Positions 1 to 12,235 of a stretch of 50,353 nucleotides of DNA are shown here, piece after piece. The position numbers and the translations under genes are program-made. A model generated the notes under the pieces. That model saw only the letters and a program-made list of their open reading frames with translations. It was not told the origin of the DNA and searched no databases. Where the stretch lies: positions 1 to 50,353 of the forward strand of contig JYFJ02002813.1 of the NCBI GenBank assembly GCA_000934665.2, read 5' to 3'. Position 1 is the stretch's first letter. Each line of letters begins with the position of its first letter. Source of the stretch: Catajapyx aquilonaris. Lineage: Eukaryota.

Positions 1-310
1 TGGGGGTACGTTAAGGATGCTGTGTACGAGCCACCGATGCCAACAACCCTGGATGAACTCAAACATCGCATTGTTGCTGCGGTTGAGTCAGTGACAAGCA
101 ACGGACATGCTGGCACGAGTATGGGAGGAATTGCATTATCGGATCGACGTTTCTCGAGTGACCAAAGGAAGTCATATAGAACATTTATAAGGTTTGAAAT
201 AAACTTCAAAGCCTCCTCTTTCATTTGGTGTATAACACGTTCATGTGGGGTTGATAGGTACGGAGCTATACGCATTTGTAATTATACTATTCATTTGTAA
301 TCACCCTGTA
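1..310 (+). pseudogene. 3' end of a Tc1/mariner-superfamily (maT/DD37D-like) transposon with a frameshifted transposase C-terminus and right TIR
   Basis: Frame 1 reads WGYVKDAVYEPPMPTTLDELKHRIVAAVESVT, then shifts near 100 to DMLARVWEELHYRIDVSRVTKGSHIEHL* (stop at 188-190). The element ends ...atcaccctg+TA, the reverse complement of TA-CAGGGTGAT. Confidence 0.85.
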
Positions 311-917
311 TTTCCAGCATCTACATGGCATAGTGGGAAACGAGAAACTCACAACGAGTTATGGGAGTCTTCAAAACCCGATACGAAATTGGCATCCTGA
401 CGTTTAAGTTTACTCCAGGAAAGCGTTCTGGCCTTTTTAAAAAGAGCATTTCATCGTATGGCCATTTTGAAAACGACCTCTCCGCGGAGTGGATGGTTTG
501 AAAAGGAGCATTCCGCAGTCTGAACGTTTTAAAACGTCCAGTCTGCGATTAGCGACAGGGCGATTGGCTGGGAGGCGTGTATTACTCCAGCCAATCGGAG
601 TCAACCGAAATGGTTCAAATTTTCCCGCTAGGTAAGGCGCCCTCCTCGGTGTGGGAGCAGAGACAAACGGCTCCCCACAGCCGGAACCCCAGGACACCCA
701 GCACCTCGCCTGCGCGCCATCGTGCGGGAGGGCCGGGAAGCTCAGAAGAGACGGGGGTCAGAGCTGTGTAGCGCGTGACTGACAATACTTCCTGCAGGGT
801 ACTGTACGGTACTAAATAAATTCCTGGATAAAAATAAGGAGGAACGGAGTGAAAAAAAAGACAGAAGAAAAGATGACAAAAAAAAGAGTGGGGGAGGAAA
901 AAAAGAAGAAGCCTCAT

Positions 918-981
918 CCGGACGCGAACCTGCAGCTTTCTGATCTATAGGCCAGCGCGCTAACCATTACGCTACGGCAGC
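918..981 (-). other. tRNA-derived segment (Pol III A and B boxes), not an intact tRNA
   Basis: The minus strand reads gctgccgTAGCGTAATGGttagcgcg...GGTTCGCGTCC; there is no proper acceptor stem. Confidence 0.6.
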
Positions 982-1176
982 CATCCCGGAGAGTGCTCCT
1001 TCCGATGGGGATTCTTATACTGCGCAGAGGTCAGGCCGCCGTTAAATGACCAATTACGTGGAGGGGGCGAGAGTGTTGATATTTTCAGTGCTGGAATATT
1101 AATTTTCACTGCTTGATGTGGGCAGGGGGTAGGGGTACGATGTACTAACCCAACCTAACCTAACCTTCACTCGTTG

Positions 1177-1275
1177 CGTATACAGCCATATCTTCAACGG
1201 ATACAGCCCTATCTTCAGCGGATACAGCCCTACCTTCACGTATACAGCCCTATCGTCAGCGTATACAGCCCTACG
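1177..1275 (+). repeat. Minisatellite, about 21-bp unit (atacagccctatcttcagcgg) x5
   Basis: Five visible atacagcc(c/a)ta units, preceded by aacctaacctaacc. Confidence 0.85.
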
Positions 1276-1724
1276 TACGGATATGACTACAACCGTATAT
1301 GATAGCAGGATAGCGGATAGCGGAATCACAGTAGCTGCTACGGAGTAGCAGTTATCCGATGGAGTGATCGGATCGGCGATGAACGGAACGGCGCATGCGC
1401 TGCCTGTGTGATCTGCGTTATTCGCTTCCCGGCCCTCCCGCACGATGGCGCGCAGGCGAGGTGCTGGGGTGTCCTGGGGTCCTGGGTTCCGGCTGTGGGG
1501 AGACGTTTTAGAGCAGAGCTAAGCTCACAAAAAATGGCGGGGAGTGTCAGCCGCCTGATTAGGACTTTCAAGCAGTTACTGACAATGCCGTTGTGGTGCT
1601 CGTTTTCACTACCGTATTGCGGGTTGCCTATTACAGAAAGGTACGGCAATCCTGGCTACAGTGGAAAAATTCATGGTTGAAAAGGCATATGATACTATAG
1701 TCTTACTTAGGGGTTACCGCTCCT

Positions 1725-1906
<182 letters not shown>

Positions 1907-3090
1907 ACGGTGTAAGCTGCTAAGGTGTATAAGAAACTATTTTTTGTAGCGTACTTGACACAGGCCCTTGACAAGCATACCCATGAATTTATATTGCCCT
2001 CATATACCCTTTACTGCCGTCTTAATTATCGGGAACGTGACATAGAGTAGGCCTATGTCTCCCCTTGTTATGTAGGCAAAAATCTCTTGTTTCGTGGAAG
2101 AACTTGGCCAAGGTAGTATTGTTTTATAGTTCTGCTTCTGTAGAGAGTAATACAGGCATAGGGTATAAGTTGCTCATGGTTGTTCCATATTTTGCGTGAT
2201 AATCACAAGAATAGTCGAGGCAATGATGAACGCAGGAACGCATGGCAATAACGTCGCCTGCAGGTATGGAACTCCTCGAGGTCAATTTTCAAGAGGCGAC
2301 TTCATGTGGTATGACAGTATCTGATATTTATTCCTCACATAATACTGATGATGGACGTTTCAATTCTGGCGGAAAATGTACTATTTTAATTGAAGCAAAA
2401 TTTCCATTGACTTCGGGAAGCTGCACACACCTCTATGAATACATATGGGTCAAATTATGTACTATACAGCATGAAGACATTATCTAAGAATATATTTGAC
2501 CAAATAATGGCATTGCATTATACAAAGTTTAAAAATCTATTTATGTCCGGGTATTTGAATATTCTGGAGCACTGTGCATCGTTTCCTTGGAATTCGCCTC
2601 CATCGAAGTAAAAGTGCTTCAGGATTTAAAAAGAAAGATACTGTATTATGTGATTTCTGATCGCGACCAGTTACTTTTACCACATAATGTAATGCAGAAT
2701 AATGAGATTGATCGCAAGTTGTATGCTGTACTTCACACTATACGCAACACGATTTTTGTCCATGGGAATTCATCGCTATTCCCATGTTCCTTAGGTCACT
2801 CGGAAAGCATAATGACAAATCATTTTGTATGAAATTGGTCTTTAACCTCGGGGCAGTCAAAAAACGAAATTCCTCGAAATATAGGGGTCATTCTGAATCA
2901 AGTGGAACTAAATGTGGCTAGGACAACTCGGATTTTGCTTAAAATAATCACAGCTTACATACACAACTATGCCATAGCTCTGCATGGTAAAAATCGGAAT
3001 GTGATGAACCTCTGAAAAGGTAGCAAAGATGTAAATTGCAGCAGTGCAAGGGGTTGGGTTTGGTATAGGAGGGGAGGCAGATAAGTCCTC

Positions 3091-3490
3091 TTATCTACCA
3101 ACCTCGGGCTTATAGCAGGTGGTGTATTGGACCTTTTAAAATGATGTAGCAAAATTTTAATGTCACTTTTTGCATTTTGGACAGCAAATATGAATTCTAA
3201 GGTGTCGAAAACATATATTTTCACACTCGATTCATACCAGGCATGTCACAAATAGCTCTTGCATGATAACTACAATAAGCTTTTCTTTGCATATACACGT
3301 GGGTTACAGTGGGCCTGTTTGTGACGTGATTGATATGTATCGAATATAAAAATATAGGTTTTCGACACCTTAGAATTCATATTTGCTGTCAAAAATGCAA
3401 AAAGGGACCTCCTTAAAAATTTACCATGTCATTTTCGAAGGTCCAATACACCACATCTATAGGCTACTATAAGCCAGAGGCGGGTAGATA
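3091..3490. mobile_element. Degenerate fold-back element (MITE-like)
   Basis: acagcaaatatgaattctaaggtgtcgaaaa (3181) is inverted at 3359-3389, and the arms extend to tatctacc/ggtagata. Confidence 0.8.
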
Positions 3491-4673
3491 ACGATCTCTC
3501 CTTTCACTGATGCTGGGTCCGGAGCTGCTGAGAGGGCCTGGTTTTTCTCATTCCAGTGCACTTGCGACATGGCCCACGTGAATAATTCTCCGCAATTAAT
3601 TACACACTTTTACCAAAAAGTATGGCCAACACGAAATGTAGCATTATTTTGTTCCCGGCTATCTAACGACACGATTTGCATTATTTTTGGTGCATTTGCA
3701 ACGGAGGAAAATTGAAAGACAGCTTTTATATTAGAGAATAGGCAAACAGTAACGCCATCTCTGGGCCAAGACGCAGCGCTCGAAAGGGGTAAGAATTCTC
3801 GTTAAGAAATCGTAGTGCCCATGCTACACAGTTACCTGAATATAACTTCAGTACCTACCCAGTAAAGTAAATGTCTGTAACTGCATTCGTTTGCAAATGA
3901 AAATGGAGGGACACTCTGGTCGATAATGGCAGCTGGGGGTGTCATTCGAAATTTTGTTTACCCCCCTCCTATTGTGACTTTTGTAAAATCTGCATACCTA
4001 GACAAATGTACATCGACAGAGCTTCAAAACTCATCAGTAAAAGTCATATATTGGCATTTTTGCGATAGACCGGACACTGATGAAGCGACGATTATTTTTT
4101 CGCTGAATACCGCGTTTTATCACACCAGTTGGATGCTCAACATCTCTACTAAACAATGCCAACCTTAAAATTGGCCAGCGTTGCTGCCCCGACTTGCAAG
4201 TGTGCGCTCCGACGGCTTTTGGTGTCTGGGGGACACGAGCGGCTTTTGGCGCCTTTGTAAGCATTGCCATTATTTCGATCACTTCTCAAGCGTGCCTGTT
4301 GGATGCATCTTGATGGTCTCTTTCGATTGATGTGCTTAAATTGACGGAGGGTGATCTCTGCGTCATTTTCAGTAACGAACCTGAGACATCGGCAAGCTTG
4401 GTTCGTTACCCAAAATTACAAAAATGTCCCATCGATACCCCCTATACCAATGATTTGCATAATCAAACTTGCAAACCTCCGTGGGAGTCATGCAATACAG
4501 CAGTGTACAAAGATTCCGCACAATACAATACCTTCTTGTATTATTTGGACGGTAACGAACCTGCCTCGTCTGAGCGCGCTCCCTCCGATCTTGGCTGCCA
4601 GCTCACGACAGCAACTCAAGAGTCTGTGTGAAGTTCAGTCAGCTCACTGGTCGCCCACAGTGTACCGGTACCG

Positions 4674-4942
4674 CCGGCGCTGGTGGTCTGGTGGTTAGCT
4701 CGCTCGCCAACGTTGTGGGTTCGAACCCGGCAGAGGTCGGTGACTTTTCTCCGGGTGGTAGAAAAGTGAGAGTGCGCCTTTCTTCGGAGGGGAAGTAAAG
4801 CAGTCGGTCCCGTGTGCTTGTGACATTGCGCGAGTGCACGTTAAAGATCTCCAGAGCGGCCAAATTTCCTGGAGGAGGACCACCCCCTGGCGTCGGTGTT
4901 AAGCCTCGCAGCAGAAATAGGCTAACGTTAAGCCCCAACTAA
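4674..4942 (+). mobile_element. tRNA-derived SINE (family A) with 15-bp TSD
   Basis: A box tggtctggtgg and B box ggttcgaaccc. The TSD agtgtaccggtaccg occurs at 4659-4673 and 4943-4957. Confidence 0.9.
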
Positions 4943-5004
4943 AGTGTACCGGTACCGTCTTAACTGGCTAAGCATGTATTTATCCGAGCGTATGTCGGAT
5001 ATAT

Positions 5005-5323
5005 ATATATATAATAATATATAATTAATAATAATTTGATACCCCATTATCAGCCAACCGGGCTTTTCTAGGGGGGATTACTCCCAATTTTTTTGTCCGG
5101 AACTCTTCCATTTTTTACTACCTTTTCATCGGAATTAAGCAGGGATAGGGAAGGAAGGAAGCGGCTGTGGCCTATAATTACGGTAACGACCCCGGAATTG
5201 TCCTGCGAGGACCATGGGAAACCACAGAAAACCATGGTCAGGGTCGCCGGCCTCCGGGATTCGAACCCAGGACCTCCCGATTAGCAGTCGGACATCATAC
5301 CACTCCACCACTACTGCTTCGGT
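5005..5323 (-). mobile_element. tRNA-derived SINE (family B, resembling the Lm1-type SINEs of orthopteroid insects) with 15-bp TSD
   Basis: B box on the minus strand (ggattcgaacc on +), core ggaaggaagcggctgtggcct and an AT-rich tail. The TSD gtatgtcggatatat occurs at 4990-5004 and 5324-5338. Homologous copies lie at 23923, 25078 and 34704. Confidence 0.9.
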
Positions 5324-5490
5324 GTATGTCGGATATATGCAGTGATGCCAGACTATATCTAGTGATTCTAGTCCATGGGTAAATAATTAGTATATACAAA
5401 TAATTATATGGATGCGATCGTGAGTGATCGGATGACAGCTGCCTTGACGTGCGGGAAGTTCCAGTTTTTCTGACGGGGCTGCCTTACAGT

Positions 5491-5998
5491 TTAAAGGGAC
5501 ACTCCACTCAAAATACAAGTTGATCTGTAAAAATCAGGCAAAAAATCTTGATTCCGGTGATACCATCCGTTTATCTCTGAGACGAACGGTAATGTCAGGG
5601 GAAGAGACGAAAGTCGGAAAAAATTCGAGGTCTGTTCGAGAGTGGCGCTGCCTGGCCACCTGGCCAAGTTAGGCGACGTTGGATATAGCGCCGCCCTTCC
5701 CAACGGGCACTAGGGGAAGTTGGCTTCGGACACAACCAGATCCCCACGGATCCCCATACCCGCAGGCAACTTATCCAAGTCGCCGTTGGAAAGGGCGGCG
5801 CTACTATCCAACGTCGCCTAACTTGGCCAGGTGGCCAGGCGGCGCCACTCTCGAACAGACCTCGAATTTTTCCGACTTTCGTCTCTTCCCCTGACATTAC
5901 CGTTCGTCTCAGAGATAAACGGATGGTATCACCGGAATCAGGATTTTTTGCCTGATTTTTACAGATCAACTTGTATTTTGAGTGGAGTGTCCCTTTAA
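5491..5998. mobile_element. Near-perfect fold-back MITE, TTAA-flanked (Kolobok-like)
   Basis: TTAAagggacactccactcaaaatac...gtattttgagtggagtgtccctTTAA, with arms of about 210 bp, few mismatches and a spacer of about 80 bp. Confidence 0.92.
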
Positions 5999-6033
5999 AC
6001 AGATAGGCATCTGATGTCTCTCCTGTACGTATG

Positions 6034-6285
6034 AAGTGGCGTAGGCAGGGGGGGGAGCCCGGGGGGGCCGCCCCCCCCCCCGAAATGTTAAGAAAAATCA
6101 ATAAATGCATTACATATCATTCTGTCTTATAGATATTTTCGCGGTTTATGAAATCCTCCCCCTCCCCTCTCCGACTCGAATACTGTTATGATACGTCAAA
6201 AAAGTCTTACAATAGGTTACAATATTATGAAACGGACCGATCGGCCATGGGCCCCCCCCCGAAAAATTTCCTGCCTACGCCACTG
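6034..6285. mobile_element. hAT-like MITE
   Basis: TIR agtggcgtaggcagg / cctgcctacgccactg, flanking direct repeat acgtatg on both sides, and G/C-run subterminal motifs. Confidence 0.85.
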
Positions 6286-7910
6286 ACGTATGCGTTCACT
6301 TTTCAATCGACGCACGGCAAAGGTGTCGTTCATAGGACTGGGGCTGATTTCAAAGGAGCTTCGTGGTGATGAACAAGAGCAGGGACATTAGGGGGAAATC
6401 TGAAAAAAATTACTTAAGATTTCTGTCATTACGATTAGCTCAGCAGACAAATCCACATTTGGTAACAGGTTTTAGAAAATAGGCTTTATTGTCGAGCTTG
6501 CTGCCACTGAACGTGACTATTTGAACAGTGTTTCCTGATCACTAATTGAGAGTAAAAGACATGTTGAAACATAAGCGAAGATTATAGGAAAGAGTCTGAG
6601 AAATCTTTGTGACCACTTGGATTTTCAATCCCGAGCAATAAACTAAGCTATAAACCACAAATCGATAAGACATATAACTGAAACAATAAGATTTCATTGC
6701 CATGATTACCTTCTCTTAAACGTTACAAAATAATTCGACGATAACAATGACGACTACGTACATAAATTCTTGGCTGATATGACCTCAAATCCAAATGAAG
6801 CACGAGCTAGAATAAAATATTTAGACGGCTTCAACTGCACGATTGGAATAAGCGTAGAGTGGAAACGTTAACGGCAACATTTTTATTTTCCCCGAAATCT
6901 TGGGTTTGCAAAATTGCAAGCCATAAATTCCACCATAAATCGCCTTCGCTCATGCAAACCGGCAATAAATTGGGCTCCAGCTCTTTTTTGCGTGATTATG
7001 TGCATGTACGAAACGACAGACTTTGGACGTAGCTCCTCGGTCACGAAGGTGACTAAAAGTTAAGAAGCTTCTTTTGAAAAATTGCTCTTTGTCGGATTAA
7101 TTGAAATAAAAGCTCGCAACTATTATACATTGCATAATGGGATTTTTCCCCCCATTTTTTGGGGGGACCGAGGGCTGTTTCCAGGTGGGAATATTAATAC
7201 ATTCGCAAATAATGGCGACAAGGGAGGGGGGGCGTCCCTTGAGATATTCATGGTCCCATGCCCTGCTGGGTGACTGCGAGATTGGACCACAGGATACGAG
7301 GACAAAGAAGTTATTATTCGCACCCGCAAATATTATGCCCGGTGAACCAGCAGGAAATGATGGATTAATCCCGCCCTTTGTTGGCTCTCGGGGGTCACTA
7401 AATTGGCCATTCTGGGGGCAAAGCGCGTTATTAAAGTGTGTTTCCATAGAGCGAGAAAGGCAAACGTCTTATACCATCGACTTTTTTTTGCAGTTTACTT
7501 TGCGTGCAAGAGCACAGAGAGTGGCGTAAATGAGAATCAATATAGTCACTATGCATGTAAGAAGAGTAACTGGAAGCGACGAAGCTAAACAGTATACTAC
7601 TACTGCATACCTTTATTTTTTTGTTTTTTGTTTGTTTCTTAATCAACTCTGGTGTAGGTAGTTCGCAATGGCTACGCTAGAGGTAGCACGATCCTCTCGG
7701 GGAACAGGTATGTGGATGAATTGATGTTTCGATTCAGTGCAGTGGGTTTCACCTGAGGTCAATAATTTAATTTCTGAATACGACTGTAATTAAAGTGGAA
7801 GAAAGTGGACACGTGTTCTTATGGTTCTGATATGAACTTAAATCTCAGTTTTCTCAAACCTGATAAAATATGTTAATAATAGCGCCTTATAGTCATCAGT
7901 AGCCTAATAT

Positions 7911-8102
<192 letters not shown>

Positions 8103-9656
8103 GCTCAACAGTAATCCCTAATCCGCACTGATGCACAAATGATCAAAATGGTTTAAAATTCATTGCAATTTTCGTAATGCCTCATGAGAATTAATCTCAT
8201 TTCTTAAAAGCTCTATCTCAGATCACGGCGTAATTTACCGCATTGCTTTAAGACGCCTTCTATATTATTGATGTCGCTTTGATTATTGGCAGCTCCTCCA
8301 ATATCATTTCCCGCCTCAGAAGTCTAGGCAGCGCACAAAAGTAGGCATGCCTTCTCTATGATTCACGTACCTCTTCCAGAGCTATAGAAAAGCCTTTTCT
8401 AGTTCCAGAATAGTTCCCAAAGCCTGACTGGAAGTGACAAAGTTCGTTTCTGTCGGGGGAAAGGGAGGGGGGGGGAGGGGTAAAAGGAGAGTGAATTAAC
8501 TGAAGAGTCCCCTTCACTTCAATTTTCGAATGTGATGGCACACGCTGAGGAATATACAGGATGTTCCTAAAGTCATCTCAGACCCAAATCAGTGGAAATA
8601 ATACGTACGCTCATAAGTCAAGAAATGCATACTCATACTGCACAAGAGTTTTCTTGGTACTGTGCACACAAAACTAAAGCTTGAAGCAGATCAGAACCTG
8701 TCAGTGGAGAATAGGATCATGCGTCTTGAGTGCCACTTTGGTTATAATACATGCATGGTTCCAAACTCAACTGCCATTTGACATATGTATAGAAGTAAAC
8801 CCAGAATTTTTAAAAGAGTATAATGTGGAAGGTTTTTAAAAAACCCCAACAACTTCACGTTTACCTTAAATAATCACATTGTCAGGGTGCTAATGTTGAT
8901 GTAGTTCCAGAGGTTACATTTTTGTCATATTTTCTGACATCTACAGGGTGGTGCCAAATGAATGTCAGTATGTTCAGTAAGTGATTACCAGTAAGTGACT
9001 TTTAATAAATGCATTAATAAATTTACAGTCAGCGAATAGCATATTCACCCTTTTTATACCCATACTTTTACTGTTATTTATGGTTATTATAACTTGGTAT
9101 AAAATGTATGATTTTTATTTTGAAGAGTTATAACTGAGATAAATAGCTATAGCTTATAATATTATGTAAAAACTAATATTCTTTCTGTGCTTGTCACAAG
9201 TCTAGCAACTAACATGACAAGCGACTATTTTCTTCTGACTAGCCCTGTAGTGGTAGCCTGCATTATGACAGTAAAAGTATTCCACTTCACTTTACTTCGC
9301 GTCTTCAGTAGTTGTAGTCCGACATTAGTAGGCTAAGCCTATATACGGGCCGCAAGGTTTCACATGCACGAGTAAGGGGGTGCCCATTAAGTATTACAAA
9401 GGACCCTGGATGGTAATGCGTTGCATTATTTCTGAGTGAATGACTTAAGAGAAATATTTTTAGTGGTTTTCGAGGAAATAAAATGCATCGTTAATTTTAC
9501 ATTCACTGCTATGGGCATTAACGCTGTGTGGCTTAAGGCATAGGGCTACGTTTTATTATTTTGGATTCTAATTAGTAGGAATTGAACATTTTAAATTGAC
9601 TTACCCAAATTACCTCCTGACAAAGAGTGAAATCTAAGAGGCAAAGTCAAATTACA

Positions 9657-9881
9657 TAAGGTGAAGTGGGGGAAGTGCATACACGGGGTAAGTGCATATA
9701 TTGTGCCGCTAGCGCCATATTGGAATGAAAATGGCTGACGACACCAAAACGCGGGGGATGTTATGTGCAGCTACACAAAAGAGTGCCTGACGCGTTTTGG
9801 TGTCGTCAGCCATTTTCATTCCAATATGGCGGCACAATATATGCACTTACCCCGTGTATGCACTTCCCCCACTTCACCTTA
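9657..9881. mobile_element. Palindromic MITE with TA ends (pogo/Tc1-mariner-like)
   Basis: TAaggtgaagtgggggaagtgcatacacggggtaagtgcata...tatgcacttaccccgtgtatgcacttcccccacttcacctTA, with arms of about 90 bp. Confidence 0.9.
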
Positions 9882-11878
9882 TTGCGCTTTGAAAGAAATA
9901 GATAGAGAGAAGAGTTTTAAATGAAATGAAACCAGGTTTTTCAAATAATAATATAACATTGACCATGTTTACAGATTTAAGAAACATGTTCTTGCAGGAA
10001 CTCCATAAACATAGAGCTGCGAGGTGTCATAAATAGAGCCTTTATTTTCCTGCATTTCAGATAATTTTCCGTCCACTGTCGTCTTATAGATTAATTTTTT
10101 AAATAGCTTCTTGGCATCTGAACGTTTAAGAAGGTTTGCAAATATTAAATATTCATTACATAATGTTAATAAATTAATATTAATGTGCTCATTGTCAATC
10201 AAAGCCGATTAATAATTGAGTCAAGCATATTACTCACTCCCTAATCGATACAACATTTTACTAGCTTATAATTACATTACCGGTAATAAATACACCACGT
10301 GAAAGCAAATGGCTCTTCCGGAAAATGAAGTACGTCAAAACTTCACGGAATCTGCTAGTTACGTCATAGTTTTTAAATTCGTTTTAGAACATGACCAAAA
10401 TCACATAAAAATGTGAAGGAAGACAAAATTAGATTTACAGCCAGTTTTTCAGCATTCAGACGTGAATGGTGGCATTTTTACTAATTAAATCATAGTTGTG
10501 ACGAATAAAACTGCGAAGTGGGACATTCTATGAAGTGTCCAGCACCAGCAGAAGTCCCGTCTATTTTGGCCCACGTAAATAATGGCTGAAATGTCAGTCC
10601 CGAGGCGCAGTGTATGAAGGGGGTCCGTAAATAAAGTGATCGATATAAACACACCATTCAGAGCGCTTAAACAAATCTCACTCGACAAGTATGTGACTGA
10701 TTTTAATGCCGATAGATCCTTGCCACGAGAAAACCTCTGATATAGCACATTAGAGAACCAGAAATTCATCTCAAATTGTACATGCTTCTCGGCCACATGA
10801 TTTTGAACAATGTCGGTGTTGAGAGACATTTCCGCCATACTTGACATCCCTGGCATGTGTGCCTTTAGCTCTAGTCTTTTTTATCCGGATGAATGAGGGT
10901 GTAAAAAGGCACATAATGTGCACTGACCCTGAAAGCACACTTGACTCCTGCTCTCTCGGCCATGATAAGAGCCGCAATATTGGAATTGAATGAAATTGTC
11001 CGTCGACGACAACCCCAACCTGATGAAAATCTTTCGATTTGTTTTCATAATGCAAGACAGGCAACCTTCCCCAGCTCGGCAGGCCATGAATACTTCATTC
11101 GAGCTACACCTCCAGCTCCAAAATGGGCCAAACTATTTCTCAAGATTTGTTGCAAACTACTAACAAAACCACAACAATGTGGGCGTGATAACCTCCAGTT
11201 AGAACCGAGTAAGCGATGTTGATTTACACTGTCCGAGTTAACTATCCGAGAGACGACTGCGGGCATGCTCGACTTTTCGGCGCAGGAGCAGATGGGCCAC
11301 CCTGTGGGTTGCTTTAGGGACCCGCCCGCTTCCAAGCCCAGACACATTCAAACGGTACGAGAGACCGCATGGATTGAACACGACATATCCCCTAATAGAG
11401 CACGATGCGTCCATTTGGACGTATGTGTCGGAGTGTGGATTTGTCACTCGTCATGGTCGAGTGGGACTCGGTGGCTTCCAGTATGAAGGCTTGTCGCTGA
11501 TGTCTCATCAAAGTGTAAGTACTACTTGTGTATTGTTGCCAATTTGTTTAGTGCTGTTCGACAGTTTTCATAAAATGAGGATATTTTTTCTGGATATATT
11601 AGGGTCATGGATGCCTTATTTTTGGGTCTAGATTGGGCCTTGTAATCGCTTCGATATTGGCAATTTGCAGGCAGGAAGTTTCGGATTTTGCATAATCGCG
11701 CTCGTTTTCGCGTAGAGGGCGATTGAATTGTGCGGCACAACGGCTTTCAAGGTGGAGGTTGTCAGATTACTGCCGTCCGTATAGTTCACTGCGAAATGAA
11801 TATGGAAAATGAGATGGAAAAGTTATTTACAGCAGTGTCCTATCAAGTCTGAAATGGGACGAGGTGACATTATGCAGA

Positions 11879-12235
11879 GGGGGGAGGCGGAGTGGCGCTC
11901 CTGTAACGTATGCGCCCACGGATGGAAGGGTCCCAGGTTCGATCCCAGCCCGGGGACTAGCCCCTTCATCTCGTGCAAAGTTGGGTCTCTCTGGCTTCGT
12001 CTCGGGTGGAACTCCGATAGACTAATCCACCCGGGGACGTTCACAAAATGTACCGTTACAGACATTGCAATTGCCCCTTGCACATCCCCTCCCAGTCATC
12101 CTGCCCGCGGACCAGGGCAATTGGCAACAAGGTTCCAATATATGTACACATTGTACACAGGCCTAAAAGTAAAAAAATAAAGGTCCGTGCAATACCTCCT
12201 CAGCTGGGAGGTCCGCACTACCCAAATTATTATTA
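11879..12235 (+). mobile_element. tRNA-derived SINE (family C)
   Basis: B box ggttcgatccc. The body matches 24168-24451 (ccccttcatctcgtgca, tctctggcttcgtct, aataaaggtccgtgc), followed by an (ATT)n tail. Confidence 0.85.

Larger units (their letters stand above)
311..1671. mobile_element. Two related non-autonomous elements in opposite orientation (about 311-1098 and 1101-1671)
   Basis: 665-740 is the inverted copy of 1424-1508, and 331-356 is the inverted copy of about 1589-1611. Short imperfect terminal inverted motifs tttccagca/tgctggaata and aattttcactg/cagtggaaaaatt are present. Confidence 0.55.

Noticed and set aside
1177..1275. CRISPR-like repeat array
   Set aside because: The units are contiguous with no unique spacers, the context is eukaryotic and there are no cas genes.
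4674..4740. tRNA genes at the SINE heads (also 918, 5250, 11890, 23930, 25080, 34910)
   Set aside because: A and B boxes are present, but there is no full cloverleaf and the heads mostly continue into repeated SINE bodies, several with TSDs.
5491..6110. Pairs of near-identical peptides on opposite strands (also 15653-16206)
   Set aside because: An artefact of palindromic MITE arms.
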